A DNA stretch of 64,000 nucleotides from an uncultured Microthrixaceae bacterium. GTDB lineage: Bacteria > Actinomycetota > Acidimicrobiia > Acidimicrobiales > DATDAH01. The notes beneath the pieces were generated by a model that saw only the letters and a list, made by a program, of their open reading frames with translations, did not search any database and was not told where the DNA came from. A program made the position numbers and the translations under genes. This document shows positions 19,819 through 29,599 of this stretch, one piece after another (the first letter of the stretch is position 1; every line of letters begins with the position of its first letter). The DNA is taken from positions 3,372,561-3,436,560 of the forward strand of contig CAWGLV010000001.1 of assembly GCA_963823495.1 (NCBI GenBank). The letters are read 5' to 3'.

Positions 19819-19907
19819 TGCCTTCTTCTTGGGGTTTTCCTCACATCGGCGAGTGACGATCCGATGACACCGTCTCCCTCACCGGCCCGTCCCTATCCTG
19901 GGAGGCC

Positions 19908-20528
19908 GTGAGCAGCGCCTTCACCCTGACCGCCAAGGCCCGCAAGCGGGTCCTCACCCTCCGGGCCGACGAGCCCGAGCCCGACGGCTTGGCGCTGTGG
20001 GTCGAGGTGGTCGGAGCCAATGCCACCGAGTTCGTCTACGACCTCTACTTCCAGGCGCCCGAGCACGCCGATCCCGACGACCTGGTCGTCACCGCCGAGG
20101 ACCTCACGGTGATCGTCCCCGACGGCAGTCGGGAGTTCCTCGACGGCGCGACCCTCGATGTCAGCCGGGACCTGCTCAAGCCGGGCATGGTCCTCGACAA
20201 CCCGAACCGACCGCCCTCCGGCGCGGTGAGCCCCGAGATGGCCCAGGACCTGGGCGAGCTGACGGGGACGGTCGCCGAACGGGTGCGTACGGTGCTCGAG
20301 CGCCAGATCAACCCGGCGGTGGCCAGCCACGGCGGCAAGGCCGAGCTGGTCGAGGTGACCGACGACGGCGTGGTCTCCCTCCGCCTCAGCGGCGGCTGCC
20401 AGGGATGTGGCATGGCCGCTCAGACCCTGCGCAACGGGATCGAGGTGGCGTTGCGGGACAACATCCCCGAGATCACCGAGATCGTCGACGTCACCGACCA
20501 CGCCGCCGGCGAGTCCCCGTACGCCTGA
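19908..20528 (+). CDS. NfuA-like Fe-S cluster biogenesis protein
   Basis: Degenerate A-type N-domain plus NifU C-domain INPAVASHGG...GGCQGCG...DVTDH. Confidence 0.88.
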   Translation: MSSAFTLTAKARKRVLTLRADEPEPDGLALWVEVVGANATEFVYDLYFQAPEHADPDDLVVTAEDLTVIVPDGSREFLDGATLDVSRDLLKPGMVLDNPNRPPSGAVSPEMAQDLGELTGTVAERVRTVLERQINPAVASHGGKAELVEVTDDGVVSLRLSGGCQGCGMAAQTLRNGIEVALRDNIPEITEIVDVTDHAAGESPYA

Positions 20529-20610
20529 ACGCCTCGAAACGACAACAGCCAACCACGGCGCGGCGACCGCCGGCCGGTGTCCGCGCTGCCCGCCCGCTCT
20601 GGGCCACCAC

Positions 20611-20659
20611 GGATCTGCGTTGCTTCCGGTCGCCCGGCGACCACGACCAGCGCCAGAAC
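20611..20659. repeat. 49-bp hairpin element (degenerate)
   Basis: GGATCTGCGTTG...GGTCGCCCGGCGACC...CAGCGCCAGAAC. Confidence 0.65.
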
Positions 20660-20726
20660 CCCGGCGCCTCCAGGCCCGGCCCCGCCGGCCCGGTCGCCGG
20701 CTGGGGTCGCGCTGCTCGCGGCCTGC

Positions 20727-21935
20727 TCAGACCAGGCGCTCGAAGATCATCGCCATCCCCTGGCCACCGCCGACACACATCGTCTCGAGGCCGAAGGTCT
20801 TGTCGTGCTCGCGGAGGTTGTGGATCAGGGTGGCGGTGATGCGGGCCCCGGTCATGCCGAAGGGGTGACCCAGGGCGATGGCGCCTCCGGCCACGTTGAG
20901 CTTGTCCCACTCGATGCCGAGCTCGTCGGCGGACGGGATGACCTGAGCGGCGAAGGCCTCGTTGATCTCCACCAGGTCGATGTCGCCCATCGACAGCCCG
21001 GCCCGGGCCATCGCCTGCTTCGATGCCTCGATCGGGCCGAGGCCCATGATCTCGGGGTTCAGGCCGGAGACACCCGAGGCCACGATGCGGGCCAGGGGCG
21101 TGAGGCCCAGGGCCTTGGCCTTGGTGTCGCTCATGACCAGGACGGCCGCGGCGCCGTCGTTGAGCGGGCACGCGTTGCCGGCGGTGATGCTGCCGTCGGG
21201 GCGGAAGACCGGCTTCAGCTCGGCCAACTTCTCCTTGGTGGTCCCGTCGCGGGGACCGTCGTCCTTGCTGACCACGTTGCCGTCGGGGAGGGTGATCGGG
21301 GTGATCTCCCAGTCGAACCAGCCCTCCTGCTGGGACTTGACCGCCCGCTGCTGGGAGAGGGCGGCGAACTCGTCCATGCGGGACCGCTCGACCTGCTTGT
21401 ACTCGGCGACGTTCTCGGCCGTCTCGCCCATGGCGATGTAGATGTCGGGCAGGCCCTCGGGCGGGGCCCACGCACCCCGACCACCCTCGCTGCGCTCGGC
21501 CGTGCGGGCCCGGGCGGCGTCGAACTGCGGGTTCGTGGTGCCGGGCATTCCGTCGGACATCCCGCTCATGAAACGGCTGACGGTCTCGACACCGGCAGAG
21601 ATGAAGCAGTCGCCCTCCCCCGCCTTGATGGCGTGGGCGGCCATGCGGGTGGTCTGCAGCGACGAGGAGCAGTAGCGGTTCACCGTGACGCCGGGGACGT
21701 CGGCCATGCCCGCCTCGACGGCGACCACGCGGCCGATGTTGTAGCCGGACTCACCGGCGGGCTGGCCACAGCCCATGATCAGGTCCTCGACCTCGGTGCC
21801 GTCCACGCCGGCCCGATCCATGAGGGAGCTCACGACCTGGGTGGCCAGGTCGTCGGGGCGCATGTCGACCAGGGACCCCTTGTTGGCCCGGCCGATGGGG
21901 CTCCGGGTGGCGGCGACGACGACGGCTTCGGGCAT
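20727..21935 (-). CDS. Acetyl-CoA C-acyltransferase (thiolase)
   Basis: NRYCSSSL, NEAFA, GHPFGMTG, CVGGGQG. Confidence 0.95.
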   Translation of the reverse strand: MPEAVVVAATRSPIGRANKGSLVDMRPDDLATQVVSSLMDRAGVDGTEVEDLIMGCGQPAGESGYNIGRVVAVEAGMADVPGVTVNRYCSSSLQTTRMAAHAIKAGEGDCFISAGVETVSRFMSGMSDGMPGTTNPQFDAARARTAERSEGGRGAWAPPEGLPDIYIAMGETAENVAEYKQVERSRMDEFAALSQQRAVKSQQEGWFDWEITPITLPDGNVVSKDDGPRDGTTKEKLAELKPVFRPDGSITAGNACPLNDGAAAVLVMSDTKAKALGLTPLARIVASGVSGLNPEIMGLGPIEASKQAMARAGLSMGDIDLVEINEAFAAQVIPSADELGIEWDKLNVAGGAIALGHPFGMTGARITATLIHNLREHDKTFGLETMCVGGGQGMAMIFERLV

Positions 21936-22062
21936 GAGAGGTTCCTTCGATCGGGCTGATTGCGAGCGCAACGACGGTAGCGCCCAGCCGCCGATCCACC
22001 CCAAGGCGGGTCACGACCCGTCGAACTGACGGGCCCCGGTCCGGGGCATAGGCTCCGCGGCA

Positions 22063-22497
22063 GTGCGGTTGCAGATCGGGCCGGTCTCGGCCACGAGCGT
22101 CAGGGCCTGGGTGGGCTATGCCCGCGAGGCGCTCGCCGAGGTCCTGGGCGATCCCGGCACCGACGACATCTGGATCCCGCAGGACACGGTCACGACCTTC
22201 GAGCACTACCTCGACGAGTGGGAGGCGGCAGCCACAGGCGTCGAGGAGATGCAGTGGGAGCACGAGATCCCCGCGGACGAGGCCGAGTACCTGTCCCACG
22301 CCTTCTTCCGCATCGCCAGCAACCTCGCCGCCCGGGCGGAGCAGCGGGGGCACGCGGCTGCGCCCCCCGCCGCTGAGGAGTTCTACCGCTGCCTGGTCAC
22401 CGGGTTCCTGGGGGCGCTGGAGGCCGAGGGCCGCGGCAGTCAGGAGTTCTCCGAGCACCTACGCTCGTTCTGGCCCGGAATGGAGGACGACAAATGA
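22063..22497 (+). CDS. Hypothetical protein
   Basis: 144-aa ORF, first of an overlapping 4-gene operon. Confidence 0.65.
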   Translation: MRLQIGPVSATSVRAWVGYAREALAEVLGDPGTDDIWIPQDTVTTFEHYLDEWEAAATGVEEMQWEHEIPADEAEYLSHAFFRIASNLAARAEQRGHAAAPPAAEEFYRCLVTGFLGALEAEGRGSQEFSEHLRSFWPGMEDDK

Positions 22498-22856
22498 CCC
22501 TGCTCGACGGGATCCATCACGTCTCCCTCAACGTCGACGACGCCGAAGCCGGCCGGGCCTTCTACGAAGACGTCCTCGGCCTGAGCCGCCTCGACCGCCC
22601 GGACTTCGGGATCCCCGGCTTCTGGCTGGACGCCGGGGACTTCCAGATCCACCTGATCGAGATCCCCGACCATCAGGCGCCGGCGGGCCAGCACTTCGCC
22701 TTCCGCGTCGAGGATCTGGACCGCGCCCGGTCCCGCCTCGTCGAGCAAGGGGTCGAGGTCAGCGACCCGTCGCCGGTCGGGCCCGGTCGCCAGTGCTTCC
22801 TGCACGATCCGGCGGGCAACCTGATCGAGCTCAACCAGCCCGACGACGTTCCGTGA
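22494..22856 (+). CDS. VOC/glyoxalase family protein
   Basis: IHHVSL, FYEDVLGL, HFAF, DPAGNLIEL. Confidence 0.9.
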   Translation: MTLLDGIHHVSLNVDDAEAGRAFYEDVLGLSRLDRPDFGIPGFWLDAGDFQIHLIEIPDHQAPAGQHFAFRVEDLDRARSRLVEQGVEVSDPSPVGPGRQCFLHDPAGNLIELNQPDDVP

Positions 22857-23419
22857 GCTTCGGGTCCACGCCGACCCGAGGCCGCCTCCTGGTGGCCGGG
22901 CCACCCCTCGAGGACCCCAACTTCCGTCGCACCGTGGTGTTCATGATCGAGCACAACGAGGAGGGCGCCCTCGGCGTCGTGCTCAACCGCCCTTCCCCCA
23001 TCGACCTGGCCGACGCCCTTCCGCAGTGGGCCGACCTCGCCGCGTCGCCACCCACCGTCTTCATCGGCGGGCCGGTCGAGCAGGGCTCGGTGCTCGGCCT
23101 CGGCCGACTGGTCGAGGACGCCGCCCCCGACGGTCTCACCCTCGTCCACGCCGGCATCGGCGTGCTCGACCTCGAAGCCGACCCGGTGCGTCTGCTCGGT
23201 GAAGTCGGTGGGGTCCGCCTCTTCACCGGCTACGCGGGCTGGGGCGCAGGTCAGCTCGAGGGCGAACTGGCGATGGGCGGTTGGTACGTCGTCGACGCCG
23301 AGCCCGAGGACGTCACGACCACCGCCCCCGACGACCTCTGGCGGGCCGTCCTCCGCCGCCAGCCCGACCGGGACCTCGCCCTCCTGGCCCTCTTCCCCGA
23401 CGACGTCAGCGCCAACTGA
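22853..23419 (+). CDS. YqgE/AlgH family protein
   Basis: LLVAGPPLEDPNFRRTV, GVVLNRP, GGPV, GYAGWGAGQLEGE. Confidence 0.92.
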   Translation: MSFGSTPTRGRLLVAGPPLEDPNFRRTVVFMIEHNEEGALGVVLNRPSPIDLADALPQWADLAASPPTVFIGGPVEQGSVLGLGRLVEDAAPDGLTLVHAGIGVLDLEADPVRLLGEVGGVRLFTGYAGWGAGQLEGELAMGGWYVVDAEPEDVTTTAPDDLWRAVLRRQPDRDLALLALFPDDVSAN

Positions 23420-23423
23420 CGCG

Positions 23424-24215
23424 ATGCCGAGAGCGCGGCTGGACGGCGTCGAACTGACCTATGAGCTCGGGGGGACCACAGGCGCGCCTCGGCTGCTGTG
23501 CATCCCGGGGTCGGGGTCGGACCTCCGGCGTGAACCCCGGACCCACGACCACCCGGCGTTGGCCGAGCGCTTCGAGGTGCTGGCCTACGACCACCGGGGC
23601 CTGGGTTCTTCTGTTCCCGACGATCCCCACCGGGTGCCCACCATGGCCGAATACGCGGCCGACGCGGTCGGCCTGCTGGGCCACGTGGGCTGGGACTCGT
23701 GTGTCGTGCTGGGCATCTCCTTCGGCGGGATGGTCGCCCAGGAGATGGCGGTCACGGCCCCGGAGCGCATCGAGCGACTGGGCCTGGCCTGCACCTCGCC
23801 GGGCGGAGCGGGAGGGTCGTCGGCCCCGCTCCACACCCTCGCCGACCTGTCACCCGACCAGCGCCTGGCCCAGCAGGTGGCGTGGCTCGACACCCGCACC
23901 GTCGACGACGCCGAACTGCGGGCCTTCTGGACCCAGGCCATGGGTGCCCTGGCCGGCCATGAGCCCACCGAGGGCGAGCGGCTGCAGCTGCAGGCCCGGT
24001 CCCACCACGATGTGTGGGACCGGCTCCCTCAGCTGGACCTACCGGTCCTCATCGCCGCCGGGCGCTACGACGGCATCGCCGCTCCCGCCAACCAGGAGGC
24101 GCTCCTCGGCCAGATCGAGGGGGCCGAGCTCCGCTGGTTCGACGGGGGCCACGGCTTCTTCCTCCAGGACCCCAGCGCCCTGCCCGCCATCGCCGACTGG
24201 CTGGCGGCCGGCTGA
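23424..24215 (+). CDS. Alpha/beta fold hydrolase
   Basis: YDHRGLG, nucleophile GISFGG, GRYDGIA, GGH. Confidence 0.9.
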   Translation: MPRARLDGVELTYELGGTTGAPRLLCIPGSGSDLRREPRTHDHPALAERFEVLAYDHRGLGSSVPDDPHRVPTMAEYAADAVGLLGHVGWDSCVVLGISFGGMVAQEMAVTAPERIERLGLACTSPGGAGGSSAPLHTLADLSPDQRLAQQVAWLDTRTVDDAELRAFWTQAMGALAGHEPTEGERLQLQARSHHDVWDRLPQLDLPVLIAAGRYDGIAAPANQEALLGQIEGAELRWFDGGHGFFLQDPSALPAIADWLAAG

Positions 24216-26420
24216 GTCCGAGCCCCGGGCGAGGTCGAAGGCGTCGGGCGGGGCCTCGTGCAGGCCGAAGCGCGCCTGGAGCCGTGTCATCGGCGCCGGC
24301 GCCCACCAGTTGGCGTCACCGGCCAGCTTCATGAACGCCGGCACCAGCGTCGCCCGCACGATCGTGGCGTCCATCAGCACGGCCATGGCCAGGCCGAGGC
24401 CGAACAGCTTGATGAAGGTGATCCCCGAGGTGGCGAAGGCCAGGAAGGTCACGGCCAGCAGGAGAGCCGCGGCGGTCACGATCCGCCCGGTGTGCTCGAG
24501 GCCGGCCGCCACCGAGGCCTCGTTGTCGCCGCTCTGGTCGTACTCCTCCTTGATCCGGGAGAGCAGGAACACCTCGTAGTCCATCGACAGGCCGAAGGCG
24601 ATGCAGAACATGAGGATCGGCGTCGTGGTGTCGGTCAGGCCGGTGGCGGTGAAGCCGAGGAGGTCCGCGCCGTGGCCCTGCTGGAAGACCCACACCATGG
24701 CCCCGAAGGTGGCGGTCAGGCTCAGGGTGTTGAGCACCAGGGCCTTCACCGGGACCAGGATCGATCCGAACATGGCGAAGAGCAGCACGAAGGTGGCGAT
24801 GACGATCCAGAGGGCGGCCCACGGCGCGAGGGCGAAGATGGCCGCCTTCACGTCGACCTGTTGCGCCGCCATGCCGCCGACCAGGACCTCGTCGAAGGAG
24901 GTGTCGAGGCCCCGGATGTCCTCGACCAGGGCCTCGCCTTCGCTGGAGACCGGCTCGACGTCGGAGACCACGCTGAACCACGTGGCGTCGTCGCCGGCGA
25001 ACCGGGCTGCGGTGGCGTCCGGGCCGATCAGCAGGTCACCCCCGGCGTAGCGGCCGCTGCGGGCATCCACCCGGGTCACTCCCGGTAGCGCCGACAGCTC
25101 GGCGGCGAAGGCCTCGACCCGGCCGTCACCGACCTGGCCGATGACCACGACCGGGAAGGCATCGGCCTCGTCGGAGGCGAAGTCCTCGCGCAGCGACTCC
25201 GAGACCTCGCGGGCGGGGCTGCCCTCGGGCAGGACCCGGTGGTCCGGCGAGCCGAACCGGGCGTCGAGGAACGGCAGGCCCAACGCGATGAGGAAGGCCA
25301 CGACCGCCACCGTGACCACCAGCGGGCGAGCCATGACGACCGTCGCCAGCCGATGCCAGAACCCCTCGCCCACCTCAGGGGTCGGCCGGTGGCGGAACAC
25401 CCGCCACTTGTCGACCCGCGTGCCGAGTACCGCCAGCAGGGCGGGGAGGCTGACCAGCGAGGCCAGCATCGCCACGAGGATGACACCGATGCCCGCGTAG
25501 GCGAAGGAGCGCAGGAAGAACAGCGGGAAGATGAGCAGCGCCGACAACGAAGCCGCCACGGTCAAGGCGCTGAAGGCCACCGTGCGACCGGCGGTCTCGA
25601 CCGTGCGCACGACCGCGTCGTCCACACTGCGGCCCGCGTGGAGCTCCTCGCGGAACCGGGAGACCACGAACAGGCTGTAGTCGATGGCCAGCCCGAGGCC
25701 CAGGGCGGTGACCAGGTTGATCGAGAAGACCGAGACGTCGGTCACTGCGGTCACCACCCAGAGCACGAAGAAGGCGCCGAGTACCGCGAGCATCCCGACC
25801 CCGACGGGGAGCAGGGCGGCGACCACACCACCGAACACGATGATCAGAAGCACCAGCGTGATGGGGATGGCCACGCTCTCGGCACGGGCCAGATCGCCTT
25901 CGATCGTCTCGCCGACCTGGTTGAAGATCTCCACGGGGCCACCGACCTCGACGGTGACCTCACCCCGCTCACCGGCGAAGGTCTCGTCGAGTCCCTCCCC
26001 CGCGACCTGCCACTCGTCCTGCTCACCGGCCAGTCGGCCGACCACGAGCGCGGCCGAGCCGTCCTCGCTCCGCAGCGGAGCCGGCGAACCGAGGGACCAG
26101 TAGGACACGACGTCGTCGGCCTCGGGGTAGGCCGCCAGTTCCTCGGTCAGCGCCAGTCCGACCTCCGCCACAGCCGGGGCGTCGACATCCCCACCCTCGG
26201 CGGTGACCAGCAGGACCACATTGGGGGCGCCGGCCCCGAACTGCTCGTCGAGGAGGTCGGCGGCCCGGGCCGACTCGGAATCGGGGTCCTCGAAGCCACC
26301 CGTCGCCAAGCGGTCGAAGACGGCCCCGCCCAGGACCCCGGCCACGACGACCACCACGACGGTGAGGGCGAGCAGGAGACGGCGGCGACGAACGGTGAGC
26401 TGACCGAGGCGGGTGAACAC
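24039..26420 (-). CDS. MMPL family transporter
   Basis: Two MMPL repeats: GLAIDYSLFVVSRFREE and GLSMDYEVFLLSRIKEE; C-terminal WWAP. Confidence 0.93.
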   Translation of the reverse strand: MFTRLGQLTVRRRRLLLALTVVVVVVAGVLGGAVFDRLATGGFEDPDSESARAADLLDEQFGAGAPNVVLLVTAEGGDVDAPAVAEVGLALTEELAAYPEADDVVSYWSLGSPAPLRSEDGSAALVVGRLAGEQDEWQVAGEGLDETFAGERGEVTVEVGGPVEIFNQVGETIEGDLARAESVAIPITLVLLIIVFGGVVAALLPVGVGMLAVLGAFFVLWVVTAVTDVSVFSINLVTALGLGLAIDYSLFVVSRFREELHAGRSVDDAVVRTVETAGRTVAFSALTVAASLSALLIFPLFFLRSFAYAGIGVILVAMLASLVSLPALLAVLGTRVDKWRVFRHRPTPEVGEGFWHRLATVVMARPLVVTVAVVAFLIALGLPFLDARFGSPDHRVLPEGSPAREVSESLREDFASDEADAFPVVVIGQVGDGRVEAFAAELSALPGVTRVDARSGRYAGGDLLIGPDATAARFAGDDATWFSVVSDVEPVSSEGEALVEDIRGLDTSFDEVLVGGMAAQQVDVKAAIFALAPWAALWIVIATFVLLFAMFGSILVPVKALVLNTLSLTATFGAMVWVFQQGHGADLLGFTATGLTDTTTPILMFCIAFGLSMDYEVFLLSRIKEEYDQSGDNEASVAAGLEHTGRIVTAAALLLAVTFLAFATSGITFIKLFGLGLAMAVLMDATIVRATLVPAFMKLAGDANWWAPAPMTRLQARFGLHEAPPDAFDLARGSDSAGRQPVGDGGQGAGVLEEEAVAPVEPAELGPLDLAEERLLVGGSGDAVVAPGGDEDR

Positions 26421-26458
26421 GGTTGCATGTTTACGCCCGTACATCTACACTCGTCAAC

Positions 26459-27061
26459 GTGAAAGGCGTCACACGGGAGCGCAATCCGCGAGGCCAGGGC
26501 GAGCGGCTACGGGCCGATCTGCTCGACGCCACGGTCGACCTGATCGCGGCGACCGGGTCCGTCGAGGGAGTCAGCCTGCGGGCCGCAGCCAAGCGGGCCG
26601 GCGTCTCCCCGATGGCGGTCTACAACCACTTCGAGGACAAGGACGCCCTGCTCGAGGCCGCGGTCGAGAACTGCTGGGGGGAGTTCCAGGCCGCCATCGC
26701 CGCCACGATGGACGAACCCGACCCCTCGGCCCGGCTCCGGGCCGCCGGGGACGCCTACGTCCGCTTCGCCCTCGAACGACCGGGTCAGTACGCCGTCATG
26801 TTCTCGGGCACCACGAAGCTGCCCGAGCGGCCCGAGGCCATCGGCATGAGCGCCTTCGACGACCTGGTGGCGATGGTGGCCGACATCCTGGACGCCAACG
26901 GTGACCGGCGGGACCCCACCTTCGTCGCGTTCCAGGTCCACACCTGGATCCACGGGATCGTCACCCTGGCCGCGTGCGCCCCTGACCTGGCCTGGCCGTC
27001 GATGGAGACCCTCCTTGACGACCTCCTCGTCCGCCTCGGCCTCACCTCCACACCGACCTGA
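26459..27061 (+). CDS. TetR/AcrR family regulator (WHG-type C-domain)
   Basis: SLRAAAKRAGVSPMAVYNHF HTH, WIHG motif; divergent from MMPL. Confidence 0.92.
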   Translation: MKGVTRERNPRGQGERLRADLLDATVDLIAATGSVEGVSLRAAAKRAGVSPMAVYNHFEDKDALLEAAVENCWGEFQAAIAATMDEPDPSARLRAAGDAYVRFALERPGQYAVMFSGTTKLPERPEAIGMSAFDDLVAMVADILDANGDRRDPTFVAFQVHTWIHGIVTLAACAPDLAWPSMETLLDDLLVRLGLTSTPT

Positions 27062-27193
27062 ACCGCCCGACCGAGGGCGCGACGATCACCAGCCGGAGCG
27101 CCGCCGGCCCAGCCGGCCTTCGGCCACCACCGGGTCGAAGTGCTTGTCGACGGTGGCCACGATCCCGGGGGCGTCGGACCGGCCCGAGGGTGA

Positions 27194-28843
27194 TCAGCCG
27201 GTGAAGGGCGGGGTGGCGTCGATCGGCGCCGTGTCCGGGGGCGGCTCGTCGATCTGGGCCTGGACCTCGACGGCGCCGATGTCACAGCCGTCGACGCCGT
27301 CCAGGTCGCCGTCGGAGGGACGGGGCAGGTCCCGCTGGTCCACAACGATGGTGGGCGAGCAGTCGGCCACCGGGATGGCGTCGATGAGGGGCGAACCGGG
27401 GAGGGACGGCGGTCGCGTCCGCGTCGGCCCACCGAAGTCGGCCAGCGGGACCACCTGCGGGTCCGGGCCGTTCTCGACGTCGCCGGGGCCGGAGTTCAGC
27501 CCACAGCTGTCGTCGTCGGCGTGGTTGTAGCCCTCGGAGACGATCGTCGCGAAGTCGCCGATCTCACAGGTGTTGGGCGTGTTGCCCCCGTAAGCGCCGG
27601 CGAAGGAGGTAAAGGTGGTGCCATCGCCATCGCTGTCGATGCCGCCGTCGTCGGGGTCGTTCTGTTCGGTGACGTTGTCGACGAAGGTCACGTGCCGGAA
27701 GGTCACGTCACCCTCCTCGGCGTTGGCGACATCCTCGGTGCCCTCGTTGCCGGTGAAGGTGCTGTTGGTGGCGACGAGGTCGCGCTCGGCCTCGACGGCC
27801 CCGCCGTCACCGTCGGCGTTCTGGTTCTCGACGAAGGTCGACCCGTCGATGATGAGATCGGTGTCCTCGTCGCTGGTGTCGACCGCCCCCCCGTCGCTCT
27901 CGGCGCGGTTGCGGTCGAACGTGCTGTCGGTGATCTCGGCGCCGCTTGCGGCGTCGATCGCCCCGCCATCGCTTCCGGTGCTCTCGTTCGCCGTGAAGGT
28001 CGAGGTGCGCACCGTCAGCAGCCCGTCGGCGGTCTCGATGGCCCCGCCCTCCTCGTCGGCGGTGTTGTCGGTGAACGTGGACCCGGTCACGGTGAGGGAA
28101 GCCGGACCGTTGATCTCGATGGCGCCGCCACCCCCGCCATAGGCCTCGTTGTCGGTGAAGGTGCTGTCGGTGACGGTCGCCGTCCCGGCGCTCTTCTTGC
28201 GGAGAGCGCCGGCTTCGTCATCGGCGGCGTTACCGCCGAAGGCACAGCGGGTCACGGTGAGGCTGCCCGGATCGACGGCCACCGCCCCGCCGTCATCGTC
28301 GCTGTAGTTGTCCTCGAAGGTGCAGTCGGTGAGGGTCAGGTCGCCCTCGCTGAAGACGGCACCGCCGTCGCCGTCGGAGTCACCGTCGAGAACCGTGAGG
28401 TCATGAATCGTGAGCGGCTGGCTGCTGTTGTTGTACAGGACGCGGCTGTTGTCGTTCCCGCGGATCGTGAAGCCGTTGCCGTTGATGATCAGGGCCTCGG
28501 TCGCCAAGTTCGAGTAGGTGGGGTCGGCGGCACCCGAGATGGTGAACGACCCGGTGATGTTGATCGTGTGAGGGCCGCCGCCGATGCCGCCGAGGTTGGT
28601 CAGCGCGGCGATGAAGTCGGTCTCGTTGTCGACGGAGGCCGACGCCTCGACGGGCCCGGCCGTGGGGGTGCCCCCGGGGACCGTGGCCCCACCACCTGCG
28701 GGCTCGTTGACGGCCTCGATCGACTCGGGCGGGTCGGCCACCTCATCGCCCGACGCGCTGGTCGTGCCGGTCACGGTGGCGAGCGCGGCGGCTCCGATGG
28801 CGGCGGCGATCAACACCACCCGGTAGGTCTGCCTCGGCGGCAT
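27194..28843 (-). CDS. Secreted beta-helix protein with Pmp-like GGA(I/V)/FxxN repeats and choice-of-anchor-Q-like C-terminus
   Basis: Repeated FTDN..GGAI units; LADFGGPTRT...GSPLIDA...DQR...CDIGAVE; signal peptide. Confidence 0.8.
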   Translation of the reverse strand: MPPRQTYRVVLIAAAIGAAALATVTGTTSASGDEVADPPESIEAVNEPAGGGATVPGGTPTAGPVEASASVDNETDFIAALTNLGGIGGGPHTINITGSFTISGAADPTYSNLATEALIINGNGFTIRGNDNSRVLYNNSSQPLTIHDLTVLDGDSDGDGGAVFSEGDLTLTDCTFEDNYSDDDGGAVAVDPGSLTVTRCAFGGNAADDEAGALRKKSAGTATVTDSTFTDNEAYGGGGGAIEINGPASLTVTGSTFTDNTADEEGGAIETADGLLTVRTSTFTANESTGSDGGAIDAASGAEITDSTFDRNRAESDGGAVDTSDEDTDLIIDGSTFVENQNADGDGGAVEAERDLVATNSTFTGNEGTEDVANAEEGDVTFRHVTFVDNVTEQNDPDDGGIDSDGDGTTFTSFAGAYGGNTPNTCEIGDFATIVSEGYNHADDDSCGLNSGPGDVENGPDPQVVPLADFGGPTRTRPPSLPGSPLIDAIPVADCSPTIVVDQRDLPRPSDGDLDGVDGCDIGAVEVQAQIDEPPPDTAPIDATPPFTG

Positions 28844-28964
28844 GCGGCTGCTACTCCTTGACGGCGTCCAACCGTCGTCGATTCCCTGGCGCTTCCCGGG
28901 AGCCGAACCTAGCAGAGCGGTCCCGCCGGATCGAGAACGGTCACGAACCGTCCGGCCGCTCGGG

Positions 28965-29429
28965 TCAGCCCATGTAGAGGACGAGCATCTGGTAGATCAG
29001 GCTGGGCTTCTCGGCGCCGACGACGTGGACGGCGGTCTCGGCCTTGATCAGGGTGCCGGCGCCCTTGGCTTCGGCGCCGACGACCCTGCTGCGGGCGTGG
29101 ACCTTGGAGCCGGCGGGCACCGGGGCCAGGAAGCGCAGGCCGTCGGCGCCGTAGTTCACGGCGTTCTGCACGCCCTCGAGCGCCAGGGTGTTGCCGGCGG
29201 TGAGCGCGGGGAGGAGCGACAGGGTCAGGAAGCCGTGGGCGATGGGGCCGCCGAAGGGACCGGCGTTGGCCCGCTCGATGTCCACGTGGATCCACTGGTG
29301 GTCCCCGGTGAGATCGGCGAACTGGTTGATCATCTCCTGGGTGATCTCGATCTCGGGACCCCAGTCCCCGTAGTCGCCGCCCGCAGCCGCGTTGATCCCG
29401 TCGATGTCGTCGAAGCGAAGGTCAGTCAC
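28965..29429 (-). CDS. MaoC family dehydratase
   Basis: FADLTGDHQWIHVD, IAHGFLTLSL, NYG..LRFLAPV. Confidence 0.92.
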   Translation of the reverse strand: MTDLRFDDIDGINAAAGGDYGDWGPEIEITQEMINQFADLTGDHQWIHVDIERANAGPFGGPIAHGFLTLSLLPALTAGNTLALEGVQNAVNYGADGLRFLAPVPAGSKVHARSRVVGAEAKGAGTLIKAETAVHVVGAEKPSLIYQMLVLYMG

Positions 29430-29599
29430 GACCCAGACGGTAGATCAGCCGAGGTGGCCGAGCCGCACGCGAGCCCTCGACCTCGGGACAGGGCGAACCG
29501 ACGGGGCCGGGGACGACCTCCGGTCGAGCCGCGGAACGTGCTCGCCGCACCACATGACGGCAGTGGCCCGATGACGACCTCGGCCGCGGAACCGCGATC

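Noticed and set aside
26421-26458. TetR operator (TAC-N4-GT(A/C) twice) between MMPL and TetR
   Set aside because: Plausible but too short and degenerate to support, and ordinary if real
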